Positions 7,650 to 17,888 of a stretch of 64,000 nucleotides of DNA are shown here, piece by piece (the first letter of the stretch is position 1; each line of letters opens with the position of its first letter). The stretch comes from a virus. The notes beneath the pieces were generated by a model that saw only the letters and a list, made by a program, of their open reading frames with translations, made no database searches and had not been told where the DNA came from. The translations under genes were made by a program, and so were the position numbers. The stretch spans positions 32,001 through 96,000 of the IMG/VR virus record IMGVR_UViG_3300047472_000155; one strand, 5' to 3'.

Positions 7650-8843
7650 TTACAAGTCGGCAAATACCTTAGAGGACTCAGAACGAATATCTTCTTGAAG
7701 ACACATAATACCAACTAATGGATTACCTTTAAGTCCTTCAATAGCTGCTATAAGACCGTTATTATGTGTATATTTGTCTTCTGCTTGATTAATATCTCCA
7801 CTAAATACTACACACGCATTCTTGCCCAAACGTGTACCGATAAGCTTGATAGTTTTCTTGTCAAGGTCTTCCGCTTCATCTACAAGAATAAATGTGTCAG
7901 AGATAGATAATCCTTTCATAAACCAAGGAATCTCTTTCTTAATCTTATTATTTTGTTGCATTGCTGCCAATTCAAACTCTCCACCATTAAGATGCTGAAT
8001 GATTGGTCTAAAAAAGTCTGCTGTTTTTTCGTCTTTACTACCAGGTAAGAACCCAATTTCTTCTCCACCAGCTCCAGACGGATTACGTACCATCATCAAC
8101 GAACTATACTTCTTCTTACTATTAGAGCCATTTACAAATTCAAGAGCAGTCTTAACAGCAAGATACGTTTTACCGCTTCCATAAGTTCCTGTAATGATCT
8201 TAATAGGGATATCTTTATCCCAAAGCAAGTCTAATGCACATGCTTGATGTGCATTTTGAGCAGTAACAACACGTTCAGGTGGAAGGTCTATATCTACTAG
8301 AAACTCTCCATTCCAACGTGCACAATGGAATTCCCCATTAAAGTCAATGATAAGATATTCATTTATCAACAGCTCAAACATATTGGTATTGTCTTCGTAA
8401 ATTTCAGCAAGTTCTTCATCATTGTCAACTTTGATTTCTTTGAACCCTTGGTATGAAGTGTCTTTTGATTTATCTTCATCAGCTTCAATTAATTCAATTC
8501 CATATCCTTCTGCCTTGAATTGTAATAGAATATCATTTGTAATCAATCCATAATCCTTTTCAAGACAAGCTTTAATAATCATGTTGTCAACGTAAGTGTT
8601 TTCATATGGGTCTTCGGCATTCCATGTGTAATCCGAAAGATCAAAATGAATTAGATCATTTTCTTTTCTTTCTTTAATCCATCTTACAGCCTTTCTTGCT
8701 TTGAATGCCAAATCTCTCTTTTCTCTATTGCCCTTATGTTTCTCCAATTCTCTTAATACATGAGATAAAATTACAATCTCCTTATTCTCAAGTAATCCAA
8801 GATCATCCAGCAGGGTATTGGTATCCACCACAAATTTTGTCAT
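7650..8843 (-). CDS. phoH: PIN-PhoH (PhoH2/YlaK-like) protein
   Basis: N-terminal PIN (VVDTN..VLRELE..DN.II..TND.LL); Walker A GTYGSGKT; IGFLPG; DEAED; GD..Q. Confidence 0.92.
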   Translation of the reverse strand: MTKFVVDTNTLLDDLGLLENKEIVILSHVLRELEKHKGNREKRDLAFKARKAVRWIKERKENDLIHFDLSDYTWNAEDPYENTYVDNMIIKACLEKDYGLITNDILLQFKAEGYGIELIEADEDKSKDTSYQGFKEIKVDNDEELAEIYEDNTNMFELLINEYLIIDFNGEFHCARWNGEFLVDIDLPPERVVTAQNAHQACALDLLWDKDIPIKIITGTYGSGKTYLAVKTALEFVNGSNSKKKYSSLMMVRNPSGAGGEEIGFLPGSKDEKTADFFRPIIQHLNGGEFELAAMQQNNKIKKEIPWFMKGLSISDTFILVDEAEDLDKKTIKLIGTRLGKNACVVFSGDINQAEDKYTHNNGLIAAIEGLKGNPLVGIMCLQEDIRSESSKVFADL

Positions 8844-8880
8844 AGCTCTACATCCTCTCAGTAGCTTCTATTTTTTATAG

Positions 8881-8913
8881 AAAAAAGGGCAGGGATTTTA
8901 CACCCTGCCCTTA
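8881..8913 (-). terminator. Intrinsic terminator after HU
   Basis: AAGGGCAGGG/CCCTGCCCTT stem with U-tract on the minus strand. Confidence 0.75.
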
Positions 8914-8942
8914 GTTTCATTATTTTGTTAAAACCTTATTAA

Positions 8943-9239
8943 TTACTTTACAGAATTTTTCAGACCTGTAACACGAAGACCAACTGTTTTTGTTTCTGGA
9001 ATATCAATTGATTCGCCTGTCTGTGGATTGCGACCAGTGTGTGCTGCACGTGTACGAACTTCATATACACCATGACCTTGTAGTGCTACATCGTCACCAT
9101 TTGCCAATGAGGTATAAAGTGCTGTCAGTACTGCGTCAACTGCGCGAGCTGCATCTTTCTTTGTGAACTTTTCACCTTCACCAAGTTCCACCGAAGCCTG
9201 TACTACATCAATAAATTCTTTCTTTCCAAGTTGTGCCAT
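8943..9239 (-). CDS. HU/IHF-family DNA-binding protein
   Basis: V.L.G.G..EVR.RAAHTGRNPQTGE.I.IP signature. Confidence 0.95.
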   Translation of the reverse strand: MAQLGKKEFIDVVQASVELGEGEKFTKKDAARAVDAVLTALYTSLANGDDVALQGHGVYEVRTRAAHTGRNPQTGESIDIPETKTVGLRVTGLKNSVK

Positions 9240-9322
9240 TTTAACATTTCTCCTTTTTCTCTTTTGAGATAATTTTTATTTAGTCAAGTGATTCATTTTA
9301 TGTTTCACTTGTATACTACAAT

Positions 9323-9649
9323 TTACAAACCTGTCTTGATCTTAATTTTTTCTGAGTCAATTTCAGTCAAATTCTCATCGAAAAACTTAATCTCATTTAC
9401 AACATCAACATAAAGTACTCTTGTCATAAGTGCCTGATTAGTCCAATCATTGTACTTACCATTCTTGAGTTTGGGCTTATTGAATACCATATATTGCTTT
9501 ACTGATTCATCAATTATATATGTCCAATTAGGAACATCATAATTAAATTCATTATCAGTATTTACAATACACCATTTGGAAAATATAGCTTTACTCAATA
9601 TTTCATCCATCACTTCAACTCTAGATTTCTTCTTTGCCAATCTTATCAC
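9323..9649 (-). CDS. Hypothetical protein
   Basis: 108-aa ORF coupled to upstream ORF. Confidence 0.6.
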   Translation of the reverse strand: MIRLAKKKSRVEVMDEILSKAIFSKWCIVNTDNEFNYDVPNWTYIIDESVKQYMVFNKPKLKNGKYNDWTNQALMTRVLYVDVVNEIKFFDENLTEIDSEKIKIKTGL

Positions 9650-9839
9650 CTACTTCTTTGCTTTCATGACAGAGATAACTAGAAAGAACTTCTAAACAAA
9701 TGTGCGTTTTGTTGTTCTTATATCTAGCAAAGTAGTCATTCCACTCATTCAGTATTTCCTCAACAACAATTTTCTTTTGTTCGAAAGGAATCTCATTGTC
9801 AAGATCAATCTTCTTGCCATTCGGTAGTATTAACTTCAT
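9621..9839 (-). CDS. Hypothetical protein
   Basis: 72-aa ORF, AAGGA RBS, promoter directly upstream. Confidence 0.65.
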   Translation of the reverse strand: MKLILPNGKKIDLDNEIPFEQKKIVVEEILNEWNDYFARYKNNKTHICLEVLSSYLCHESKEVGDKIGKEEI

Positions 9840-9864
9840 GTTGCGTTCCTTCCTTACATTAGTA

Positions 9865-10135
9865 ATTATACCATTTTATCTTTCATTTGTCAAGCATTTT
9901 TTATTACTGATCTTTCTGAGCATTGAATGTTTCTCCTTAACATGTTACTATTATACCACTTTATAATGCCTTTGTCAAGCATTATTTTTAATATTCTGTT
10001 TTCAAGGAACAATATACTATAGTTATATAGGAAAGTCTTTGGACCGCTTGGTCTTTTGTAGCTCCTTGTAAATAAGGACTTTTATTTCTTTCCCTTAACT
10101 AACTATAGTATACCATTTTATCTTTCGTTTGTCAA
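9865..10135 (-). promoter_or_regulatory. Three tandem sigma-A promoters (9865-9893, 9950-9978, 10107-10135)
   Basis: TTGACA-N17-TATAAT/TATACT; two share the spacer GAAAGATAAAATGG. Confidence 0.8.
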
Positions 10136-10169
10136 CAGTTATTTTTATAGGACTCTAAAATCATCCCGA

Positions 10170-12488
10170 TCAAGCCATAAAGTCATTACTAATCCCATCG
10201 TTGCTGAAAAGCACACTGTCAACAGAAGCGCGAAAAGAAGCGTCATTTTCATATTCCTCCTCTATTATATATCTTAGATACTTTTCATTTCCAATGGTTC
10301 CATTTAATATGTCACACAGAAACGTATTGCGTCTAAGGTTCTCAAATTTCTTAAGTGCCTCATTTATTGTTCTTGCTTGACCCAAGATAACAAGAAATTC
10401 TTCTGGTCTAGTCCAAGCTACATACAACAAGTTAGCATTTAATTGATGTGTATGAGCCTTATCGCTAATAGAGATTACTCCTCTTGCCGCTGATCCTTGG
10501 CTCTTGTGCATTGTCATACACGCCGATAAAAGTAGTTTCGCAAGTTCAGAACTCTTGAACATCACAACATCATCTTCAAATTGTATTGTCAATACTCTAT
10601 TTTGAGTGTCAATGTCAATAATAGTTCCTGTATCTCCATTCATAATGTCAACCTCTTGCTCATACTGATTTAATACTCTATATGTGTTAACATTATTCAA
10701 CACTTTATCTCCTACACGAAGAAATATTTCATTCTTATCTTTTATCATTTTAACTTCACTTACAAAATCATCTTCTTTCGGATTGATGATCTCTTGAAGT
10801 ACATTATTAATATGATAAGTTCCTAAGTTTCCTTTCTTAGTGGGAGATAATACCATCAATCCATCAACTGTATATGTCTTAACCATTCTATTGAAGTAAT
10901 GCAAATACGCCTCTTCCATTTGACCTTGAGGACAAGATACGAACAAACAGTTGTTGCCAAACTTCTTTACTCCCATAAAGTCATCTTCAATAAATTTTTC
11001 ACCTTTACGTACCATTGTAACTACGTCAAGTATTCCACCTTCTTTTTGACGAAATACAATATCAAGCAATGTAATAGGGAACACTCCGCTTTGCTGACAG
11101 TCATACAAGAAGTTTCCTGCTGACACACTTGGAATTTGGAAGCTGTCTCCTAAAAACAGAATACGTACATTCGGATTTGTAAGCTTATAAAGAAGTATCT
11201 TTGCTAATTTGATATCACACATAGAACTTTCATCTACAATTACAAAGTCTTCATCTACAATCATCATCCCAAATTCATCTTCACTTGAACCTATGCCCAC
11301 TTTTTTATGAATAGTGAAAGCATCTTCCTTAGTATATTTCTTCAACACCTTAGAAGCTTTTCCTGTCGGTGCAAGTAACGCAAATGTCAATCCTAATTCT
11401 TTGGCAAGTTCAATTATCAACTTTTGCATCATACTTTTACCTGTACCCGCATAACCAATCAAGAAGTTTACAGCATTTTTCTTTAAATTCACAAACAAAC
11501 TTCTTTGTTGATGAGTTAATTTTATTTTGTACTTGTCTTCCATTCTCTTAATAAAGTCTTCGATATCGAAATTTAATTCTGCGGAATGTTCTTGTAACTT
11601 ATTCAATTTATATGACACTTGTACTTCTAATTTGAAATTACTTTCAAGAGCGAATTTGCCATCAATATCAACAATGTCTTCAACATTTGGCAATTCCTTG
11701 GTGATTAATTCCTTTTTAAGCTTAAGAAGCTTATAAGAATCCATTATTAACTTCTGTCTTAAGATATACGTGTCACCATTGCTTTCAACTTCTCTAATGG
11801 AATATCTTATCGCAGCATGAATTCTAAAAGGACTTTCCTCATCTACTCCCATTTGAAGTGCAATGTCATCCGCTGTTTTAAATCCTATTCCAGCAAAATC
11901 CGTCATGATGTATGGGTTCTCTCTAAGCTTTTCTGCTAACACTTTTGCCGTTGGGTATCTTCCCATTAACTTGTGAAGCATTGAGTAGTCTAACATAGGG
12001 AACTCATTGTGTAACTCAAGAAGTTCAAGATTTTTTAGAATTTTATCTCTAAATATTGGATAAGTAATTTCTCCAAATCCATATACCTTCTTATATTCAA
12101 AGGTATCATCTTTTAATAACTCAATGATATCATGCCCTTTGTATACGTTCATAATTGACTCAAATTGCAATGGAGTTACAAGCATCTTGATAAATCTTTC
12201 TTGTTGTTCTGGAGTCGATGGAATGTCTTGTTTCATTCTGTTGATTTTATAACTCCATCCCCACTTGGGATCATTTCTATCAAGTGTAGCTTCCATCATC
12301 CATATTGATCCAACATCCAATCTGTGTACAATACCATTTACCGATAAGTTGCCATACTTATTCACATGAACATCTTCTAGCGAATAGTCTTCATAATTTA
12401 CAAGGCTAACGCCATAACTTCCCCACCCAGAATCTTCTCTATATGCAATTTCACGATCAATTCTAACTTCAACCTCAATCTTACTCAT
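10170..12488 (-). CDS. recD2: RecD2-like SF1B helicase
   Basis: NPY..GIGFK.AD HhH; GYAGTGKS; APTGKA; DESSM; GD..QIPSV; MTMHKSQGS; LLYVAWTR; start at 12488 with GGAGG RBS. Confidence 0.93.
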   Translation of the reverse strand: MSKIEVEVRIDREIAYREDSGWGSYGVSLVNYEDYSLEDVHVNKYGNLSVNGIVHRLDVGSIWMMEATLDRNDPKWGWSYKINRMKQDIPSTPEQQERFIKMLVTPLQFESIMNVYKGHDIIELLKDDTFEYKKVYGFGEITYPIFRDKILKNLELLELHNEFPMLDYSMLHKLMGRYPTAKVLAEKLRENPYIMTDFAGIGFKTADDIALQMGVDEESPFRIHAAIRYSIREVESNGDTYILRQKLIMDSYKLLKLKKELITKELPNVEDIVDIDGKFALESNFKLEVQVSYKLNKLQEHSAELNFDIEDFIKRMEDKYKIKLTHQQRSLFVNLKKNAVNFLIGYAGTGKSMMQKLIIELAKELGLTFALLAPTGKASKVLKKYTKEDAFTIHKKVGIGSSEDEFGMMIVDEDFVIVDESSMCDIKLAKILLYKLTNPNVRILFLGDSFQIPSVSAGNFLYDCQQSGVFPITLLDIVFRQKEGGILDVVTMVRKGEKFIEDDFMGVKKFGNNCLFVSCPQGQMEEAYLHYFNRMVKTYTVDGLMVLSPTKKGNLGTYHINNVLQEIINPKEDDFVSEVKMIKDKNEIFLRVGDKVLNNVNTYRVLNQYEQEVDIMNGDTGTIIDIDTQNRVLTIQFEDDVVMFKSSELAKLLLSACMTMHKSQGSAARGVISISDKAHTHQLNANLLYVAWTRPEEFLVILGQARTINEALKKFENLRRNTFLCDILNGTIGNEKYLRYIIEEEYENDASFRASVDSVLFSNDGISNDFMA

Positions 12489-12536
12489 GTTTTCCTCCCT
12501 TCTCCCTTCTTTTATTCCGATAATTAACATACATAT

Positions 12537-12565
12537 ATTGTATCATTTTATCTTTCATTTGTCAA
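12537..12565 (-). promoter_or_regulatory. Sigma-A promoter with conserved spacer
   Basis: TTGACA-AATGAAAGATAAAATGA-TACAAT. Confidence 0.85.
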
Positions 12566-12784
12566 CTGTTTTTGTGAGAGTATCGACAATAATTTTGGGG
12601 GAGTCTTCCGTGGTCGGTCGGCATTAGAGGTCGATACCCTCATTTTCAAGCCTTTCCTCTCTCTCCCTTTTTTATACATATAATGAAGGAAAAATATTTT
12701 TGATGATATAAGAATATATTTGTCCATGCCCTAATATTATTAAGTATCAACAAAAATAAACGATGATTGGAGGCGATTAAAAAC

Positions 12785-13069
12785 GTGGATCAATACTTTA
12801 GGTGTGTTGTGAACGGTCTTACGATTGATGACACAATATTACTAGGCATTCTCCAAGACAAAGATGCCATATCTAAACAGAAGTCAATTAAGGTTAGCGT
12901 AGTACTCAAGGAAAGCGAATATACCGAAGCAAAATTTAGAAAGTCAATCGACAGACTTACCGCTCTCCAATTTATCGTCCTCAACAAAGATTACAAGGAA
13001 CATGGTGTGTTTATCTCTGAGTATGGTGTTGTTGCATTAAAAAATACATTAGAAACTATGGGAGGTTAA
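12785..13069 (+). CDS. Small winged-helix protein, putative TubR-like adaptor
   Basis: GGAGG RBS plus GTG; wHTH pattern TEAKFRKSIDRL.ALQFI..FISEYG; directly upstream of the tubulin-like gene. Confidence 0.6.
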   Translation: MDQYFRCVVNGLTIDDTILLGILQDKDAISKQKSIKVSVVLKESEYTEAKFRKSIDRLTALQFIVLNKDYKEHGVFISEYGVVALKNTLETMGG

Positions 13070-13072
13070 TTA

Positions 13073-14194
13073 ATGTCTATTGCTGTTATTGGTTTAGGTG
13101 GAGCTGGAGGGAATATTGCAAATGAAGCATCCAAGTTAGATATTGTGGCAGGGGCTATCAATTTTTCAAACAAAGACTTGGACTCCATTGATGTTAAGTA
13201 CAAACTAAAGGTCATGGGTTCAGAAGGAGTTGGACATGATAGAAATATGGCTATTAGACTTATGCATGAACATCATCCAATGGTTGTAAAGTTTATTGAA
13301 GACAATTTCTCAGATCCTTCTATTGAAATTATATTCTTACCATTCGCTTCTAGCGGAGGTAGTGGCTCAGGAATTGCTCCAATGTTGGCAGATATATTAT
13401 CTTGCAAAATGCCAGATAAAGTGATTGTTCCATTGCCAATAATTCCGGAAAAATCAGAACCTCTTATATCTCAGATCAATTCCTATAATTCTTTAATTGA
13501 ACTTTCTAGTCTTAACCTTTGCATATTGCCTATTGACAATAATGAAGTCAAATTGCATCATAATGCTTTCAAAAATCAAATCTTCGAAATTGCAAACAAG
13601 ACATCTATCTCATTGTTGGTCAAATTAATGTCATATACTGAAAAGGCATCTAGAAATGGAAACTTTGACAATAGAGACTTGATTTCCGTATTTTCTCAAA
13701 AAGGAATGGCTACAATAGCGGAAGTTGATATTACCTCCCTTCCCAAAGCAAACGTAACGTCTAAAGGTATATCAGAATCAATTTTTGATTCGTGGGAAAA
13801 ATCTATATTTGCTCCCATTGAATACACTCATGTTTCGAAATGTGCATTCATATTCGATGGTCAAGAATCTCTCATTGAACACATTAACTACAAGGAGATA
13901 TTCTCAAAATTTAATCATGGATTACCTATTGATATTTTTGAAGGATACTATGAAGAAAACAATGGAAAAATACTTACCGTTTTAACAGGACTTCCTTGGT
14001 GTGCATCTAGAATGAACTCTATTGACTCACTTATCGAAAACGATACAAGTAAGGCAGAAACTATCATAAAAACAATGGAAAGTGATCAATTTGTTCCAAA
14101 AATCTTCGATTTTGACCAAAAAATACGACAAAATTCTCAAAAAATAGCAAAAAATGTTGCAGTTACGGATATTTTAAGTAAATATGTGCGATAA
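13073..14194 (+). CDS. tubZ: Tubulin/FtsZ-family GTPase (TubZ/PhuZ-like)
   Basis: VIGLGGAGGNIA; EGVG; signature SSGGSGSG; IDNN; T7 loop NFDNRD. Confidence 0.88.
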   Translation: MSIAVIGLGGAGGNIANEASKLDIVAGAINFSNKDLDSIDVKYKLKVMGSEGVGHDRNMAIRLMHEHHPMVVKFIEDNFSDPSIEIIFLPFASSGGSGSGIAPMLADILSCKMPDKVIVPLPIIPEKSEPLISQINSYNSLIELSSLNLCILPIDNNEVKLHHNAFKNQIFEIANKTSISLLVKLMSYTEKASRNGNFDNRDLISVFSQKGMATIAEVDITSLPKANVTSKGISESIFDSWEKSIFAPIEYTHVSKCAFIFDGQESLIEHINYKEIFSKFNHGLPIDIFEGYYEENNGKILTVLTGLPWCASRMNSIDSLIENDTSKAETIIKTMESDQFVPKIFDFDQKIRQNSQKIAKNVAVTDILSKYVR

Positions 14195-14207
14195 AAGGAG
14201 GAAAAAG

Positions 14208-14353
14208 TGATGAAAACACCTATTATTGTTCCAAATATCGAAGAAAACACCTTGAAAGCCTTGGCTGAAGCCACGACAAGAAATAACCTTTTGCTTACGG
14301 AAGAAGGAGTAGGAGTATTGTTATCAATAAGTATCAATGAAGATATTCAATGA
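14208..14353 (+). CDS. Small hypothetical protein
   Basis: AAGGAGG RBS; (M)MKTPIIVPNIEENTLKALAEA.. Confidence 0.55.
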
Positions 14354-14496
14354 TAAATCATTGATACGACTAGGCTTAGACGGGCTATTGCCTCCCTCTA
14401 AGCCTCCTCCTCTCTCTCGAAAAAAGCCTCCCTCAAGTAGATGTCATGATGTCATGACATCGAACATACAATTACTTTAAAGGTGGTGAAAGATAA

Positions 14497-14784
14497 ATGA
14501 GGAAGGCTGGGAACACAAAACAATTACGCATTGATGCCAAACATCGGTTTCCATTAAGAGTAAGTGAAGTTACTCATAGTGAAGTTGAAGCGGTTGCGTT
14601 TCGACAAAATTTGTCATTAAATCTTTTGTATTGTGAAGCAATTGATTTTGCAATAACTAGTCCGTCTTTTTTGAAAAGATTACAGGAAAAATATGCAAGA
14701 GATGAACGAAGAGGTCACTTTGTTTATCATCAAGACACTACCACTCTACGAAAAGGAAGGATTGTTGAAGAATGGGATTCTTAG
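14497..14784 (+). CDS. Putative ribbon-helix-helix DNA-binding protein
   Basis: RFPLRVSE..VEAVA..SLN.L..EAI, Arc-like pattern. Confidence 0.55.
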   Translation: MRKAGNTKQLRIDAKHRFPLRVSEVTHSEVEAVAFRQNLSLNLLYCEAIDFAITSPSFLKRLQEKYARDERRGHFVYHQDTTTLRKGRIVEEWDS

Positions 14785-15086
14785 GTCAATTATTTTTTGG
14801 CAAGAAAGAAAGAGAAGCTATACTTGTTCACATCCCCTATCGCCTTGTTAGTGGAATGGATACTCTTGTCTATGTTCATAATTCAAACACAAACGAAATG
14901 GATCACATTTCATATGATGATATTGTTGAAGCTGGAGTGGAACACATTGTTCGTGAAGCACTTCGGATTAAACCTCAAATAGTTGAGCCTAAAGAAATTC
15001 AAAAACCTAAAAGGCAAAATGCCACTCCCGCCTTTTATGTTGAAGATCATGTTTCTACTTCTCGCGGCAGAAATCAGTCCAGGTAA
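14772..15086 (+). CDS. Hypothetical protein
   Basis: 104-aa ORF overlapping the previous stop. Confidence 0.55.
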   Translation: MGFLGQLFFGKKEREAILVHIPYRLVSGMDTLVYVHNSNTNEMDHISYDDIVEAGVEHIVREALRIKPQIVEPKEIQKPKRQNATPAFYVEDHVSTSRGRNQSR

Positions 15087-15170
15087 ACGTCACCTCTTAA
15101 AATCGTCTGAGAAGAAGTCTGGTATTGGTAGGTTGTATTCTATCCCTACATGTGAAGCATTTATACCCCT

Positions 15171-15222
15171 CACATCATCATACGCTCACGCCCCTCTCTA
15201 GAGCGTGTGATGATGTGTTTTT
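15171..15222 (+). terminator. Long-stem intrinsic terminator
   Basis: CACATCATCATACGCTC..GAGCGTGTGATGATGTG followed by TTTTT. Confidence 0.7.
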
Positions 15223-15275
15223 CATTCTCTATACAAAATAAACGAATAAAAAATAAAATTAATATCTACTTGGTA

Positions 15276-15304
15276 TTGACAATCTTCTCTTGATGTCGTA
15301 TAAT
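15276..15304 (+). promoter_or_regulatory. Sigma-A promoter of the recombinase gene
   Basis: TTGACA-N17-TATAAT. Confidence 0.85.
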
Positions 15305-15341
15305 TAAAAATAATACGACATCGGCTAAAGGAGAGATTTAT

Positions 15342-16436
15342 ATGGGTAAAGCATTGCTTGATAATATAGTGATTTTGAATGAACGTAATAAGGGTAAAAA
15401 AGAATTTAAAAACGTAGGTAAAGATATATATAACTTTCTTTACCGCATCAACATTGGACATGGAACAGAACTTCAAGGCACATCAGAAGCTTACGAAAGA
15501 GATATCAAACGTTTCTTTCAATTGATGTGGGGCATTAAAGATTTGAATAAACTTGAAATTGAAGATTTGTATATCCTTCCATCAGATATAGAAAAATTTC
15601 AGACATATCTTGTTAATATGGGATTTAAAAGCAATACCGTAGATCGCAATATTAATGCAGTAAGATCGTTGTATAATTATTTTGAAGAAAATGAGTATCG
15701 TTATAGATATGAAGATGAATGGGTATATATTTCTTCGAGAGTATTTAAAGGTATTAAAAGAGTTGATATTGACGATAAGTCAAGTTATGGATCATTTACT
15801 TTCGAGGAAATGTCCGAAATGATTGAACTTGCAAAAACTCTTGACAATGGAGAAACTAAGTCATTGGCTATTGAATTGGCAAGTATCACTTCCTTTCGCC
15901 TTGAAGCTATTGCAAATATGGAAAGAGGTGATTTTTTCTTCAAAAACAACACATGGGTTGCACGTACTTATGACAAAGGAAAAGAGAATATAAAAGCTAT
16001 TCGTACAGATTTATATGAAAGACTTATTGCTAATGCCGATGAAGGTGACAGAGAAAAACTATTTGATTGCACATCAAGAACATTGCAGCGTACAGTTGAT
16101 ACTTTAATCAATATGATGAAACTTGATAAAGCTGAAAGAAATCTTACCTTCCACTCCATCAAGAAATACGGTATCAATGAAGTTGCTATGATGACAAAAG
16201 GTGATATGAAAGCTATTTCACTTCAAGGTAATCATGCATCATTTGAAACTACTATGAAGTATTACCTTGCATACACGGAAGACTATTCTAAAATGCCTTG
16301 CTTAATGATTGGTCAACCAATTGATACATCTCCCATTCAAGAGCTAGATAGAGAGCAGTTGTTAAATCTATTCATGGAGGCTAGTCGGTCCACTCAATAC
16401 GAATTGCTCCACTTGTTGAATACGCAATCCGAATAA
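15342..16436 (+). CDS. Tyrosine recombinase/integrase-family protein
   Basis: Core-binding region (NTVDR.I.AVRSLYNY); catalytic pattern SFR, DKGK, FHSIKK, GNH, KYY (HxxK instead of HxxR). Confidence 0.88.
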   Translation: MGKALLDNIVILNERNKGKKEFKNVGKDIYNFLYRINIGHGTELQGTSEAYERDIKRFFQLMWGIKDLNKLEIEDLYILPSDIEKFQTYLVNMGFKSNTVDRNINAVRSLYNYFEENEYRYRYEDEWVYISSRVFKGIKRVDIDDKSSYGSFTFEEMSEMIELAKTLDNGETKSLAIELASITSFRLEAIANMERGDFFFKNNTWVARTYDKGKENIKAIRTDLYERLIANADEGDREKLFDCTSRTLQRTVDTLINMMKLDKAERNLTFHSIKKYGINEVAMMTKGDMKAISLQGNHASFETTMKYYLAYTEDYSKMPCLMIGQPIDTSPIQELDREQLLNLFMEASRSTQYELLHLLNTQSE

Positions 16437-16477
16437 AAACAAAGACCCCTCCGAATGGAGGGATTATTTTCATTTTC

Positions 16478-16615
16478 CGTCAGGTTACATTTTTTTCGCT
16501 GAACTAATATATAATTACTTACTCTGTTAATCTGTTATATCTTAGTTACAGTATTATATATTTACAGGATGACTGTAATACTATATTAGTTCAGCGAAAC
16601 TTTTGTAACCTGTCG
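16478..16615. repeat. Long inverted-repeat element, copy 1 (putative origin or recombination site)
   Basis: ~34-bp arms CG(T/A)CAGGTTACA-N6-TCGCTGAACTAATATA around an AT-rich core; second copy at 55881-55996. Confidence 0.85.
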
Positions 16616-16628
16616 GGAAAAAAATTTC

Positions 16629-17384
16629 TTATTTTGCAATCGAATATCCATTTGCTATGCCGTTTTCTCCGGCAAATTTCTGTCTATCTATGTTTACTAA
16701 TCCACTACGTTGTAGTTCATCAACATACTTTCTAAAGGTCGGTTCTGACATCAATACCTCATCCTTAATGCTTCTCGATGGTATTTTACATACCTTTAAT
16801 CCTCCTTGTTTGTATTTGATGTATCCGTAAATATAAAATGCATTGACTCCCAAGTCTTTGTTGTTCATGCATTGTTCAAATATTTCATAATTTATTTTGT
16901 GCGTGTTTTCTACTTCATAAAAGGTTCCATCTAGGATTTTGTCCTTTTCTGAGTCGGGATTTCTAAAAAAACTTTTCACAGGGTACTTGACTTTATAGTT
17001 CAAATCCTGTATAATAGTCTTATAGCCAGTTAATGTCCTGTGATCATCTATTAACATAAATTCAACAAACCCATTCTCCATTGTCCATGATATCGGATAA
17101 CTTGACGTTGTACGTGTATAACCCATTGTATCAAGTATCCCATTGTTCTTTATAATATAATCTATCTTCTTTTCGACTGGAGATTTTTGAAGTTTCTGCT
17201 TGATTGTTGCTTGAGTAATCTTCTCGTCTTTGTACCATTCACAATATCTATATAGGTACGTTACATAATAGTAATATGAGTACGTAAATGCATTGTGCTT
17301 CGCTGATGATATGTTTTCACGTATATCTTTGAATATCTCATTTGGAACGTAAATGTGATCTTTTATTTTTTGTTTAGTCTTCAC
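16629..17384 (-). CDS. Putative replication initiator / wHTH DNA-binding protein
   Basis: YVPNEIF N-terminus; C-terminal wHTH (AFYIYGYIK..IKDEVLMSEPTFRKYVDELQRSGLV); abuts the inverted-repeat element. Confidence 0.55.
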   Translation of the reverse strand: MKTKQKIKDHIYVPNEIFKDIRENISSAKHNAFTYSYYYYVTYLYRYCEWYKDEKITQATIKQKLQKSPVEKKIDYIIKNNGILDTMGYTRTTSSYPISWTMENGFVEFMLIDDHRTLTGYKTIIQDLNYKVKYPVKSFFRNPDSEKDKILDGTFYEVENTHKINYEIFEQCMNNKDLGVNAFYIYGYIKYKQGGLKVCKIPSRSIKDEVLMSEPTFRKYVDELQRSGLVNIDRQKFAGENGIANGYSIAK

Positions 17385-17487
17385 TAACTACCCTTCTTCC
17401 CTGTGGTTATGTTTTTTGCATACCATTAGTATAATATAAATTGAAATGTTTGTCAAGTGAAATATAAAATGAATCGGGAGTGTTGTA

Positions 17488-17818
17488 TATGTCAAATGAA
17501 ATCAACGTAGAAAAAATTATTAAATTTATTCACAAGAATATCGAAAGCTTTTACAATATTGAACTTACTGACCGCGAAAAACAATTGATGCACGTTTATT
17601 ATGGAATGCTTGAAATAGCTCTTGAAGATGAAAAAGATGAAGCTTACACCGAATCAATTGAAGAAATGGATGTGCTAGAACAGGAATGGGAATATATTGT
17701 TAATAGCGAGTATGACAACGAAGAAATAGCTAGTTGGGCTGTCTTGAATGTTGATACCCTATTCGAAACGATTAGACAAGAAAGAGAAGTCGCTGATATG
17801 TATAGAGGATTAGAATAA
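17488..17818 (+). CDS. Hypothetical acidic protein
   Basis: ORF with GGGAG RBS. Confidence 0.6.
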
Positions 17819-17888
17819 TTACTAGCAAGACAGTGAATTGATTTTAAAGGGTGAGATGCCTTCACATATGAAGAGGATGTTTTTAATA

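Noticed and set aside
13073-14194. Host ftsZ or a nucleus-forming jumbo phage spindle
   Set aside because: Divergent sequence, no dcw context and no shell gene seen; the upstream wHTH gene fits TubZ.
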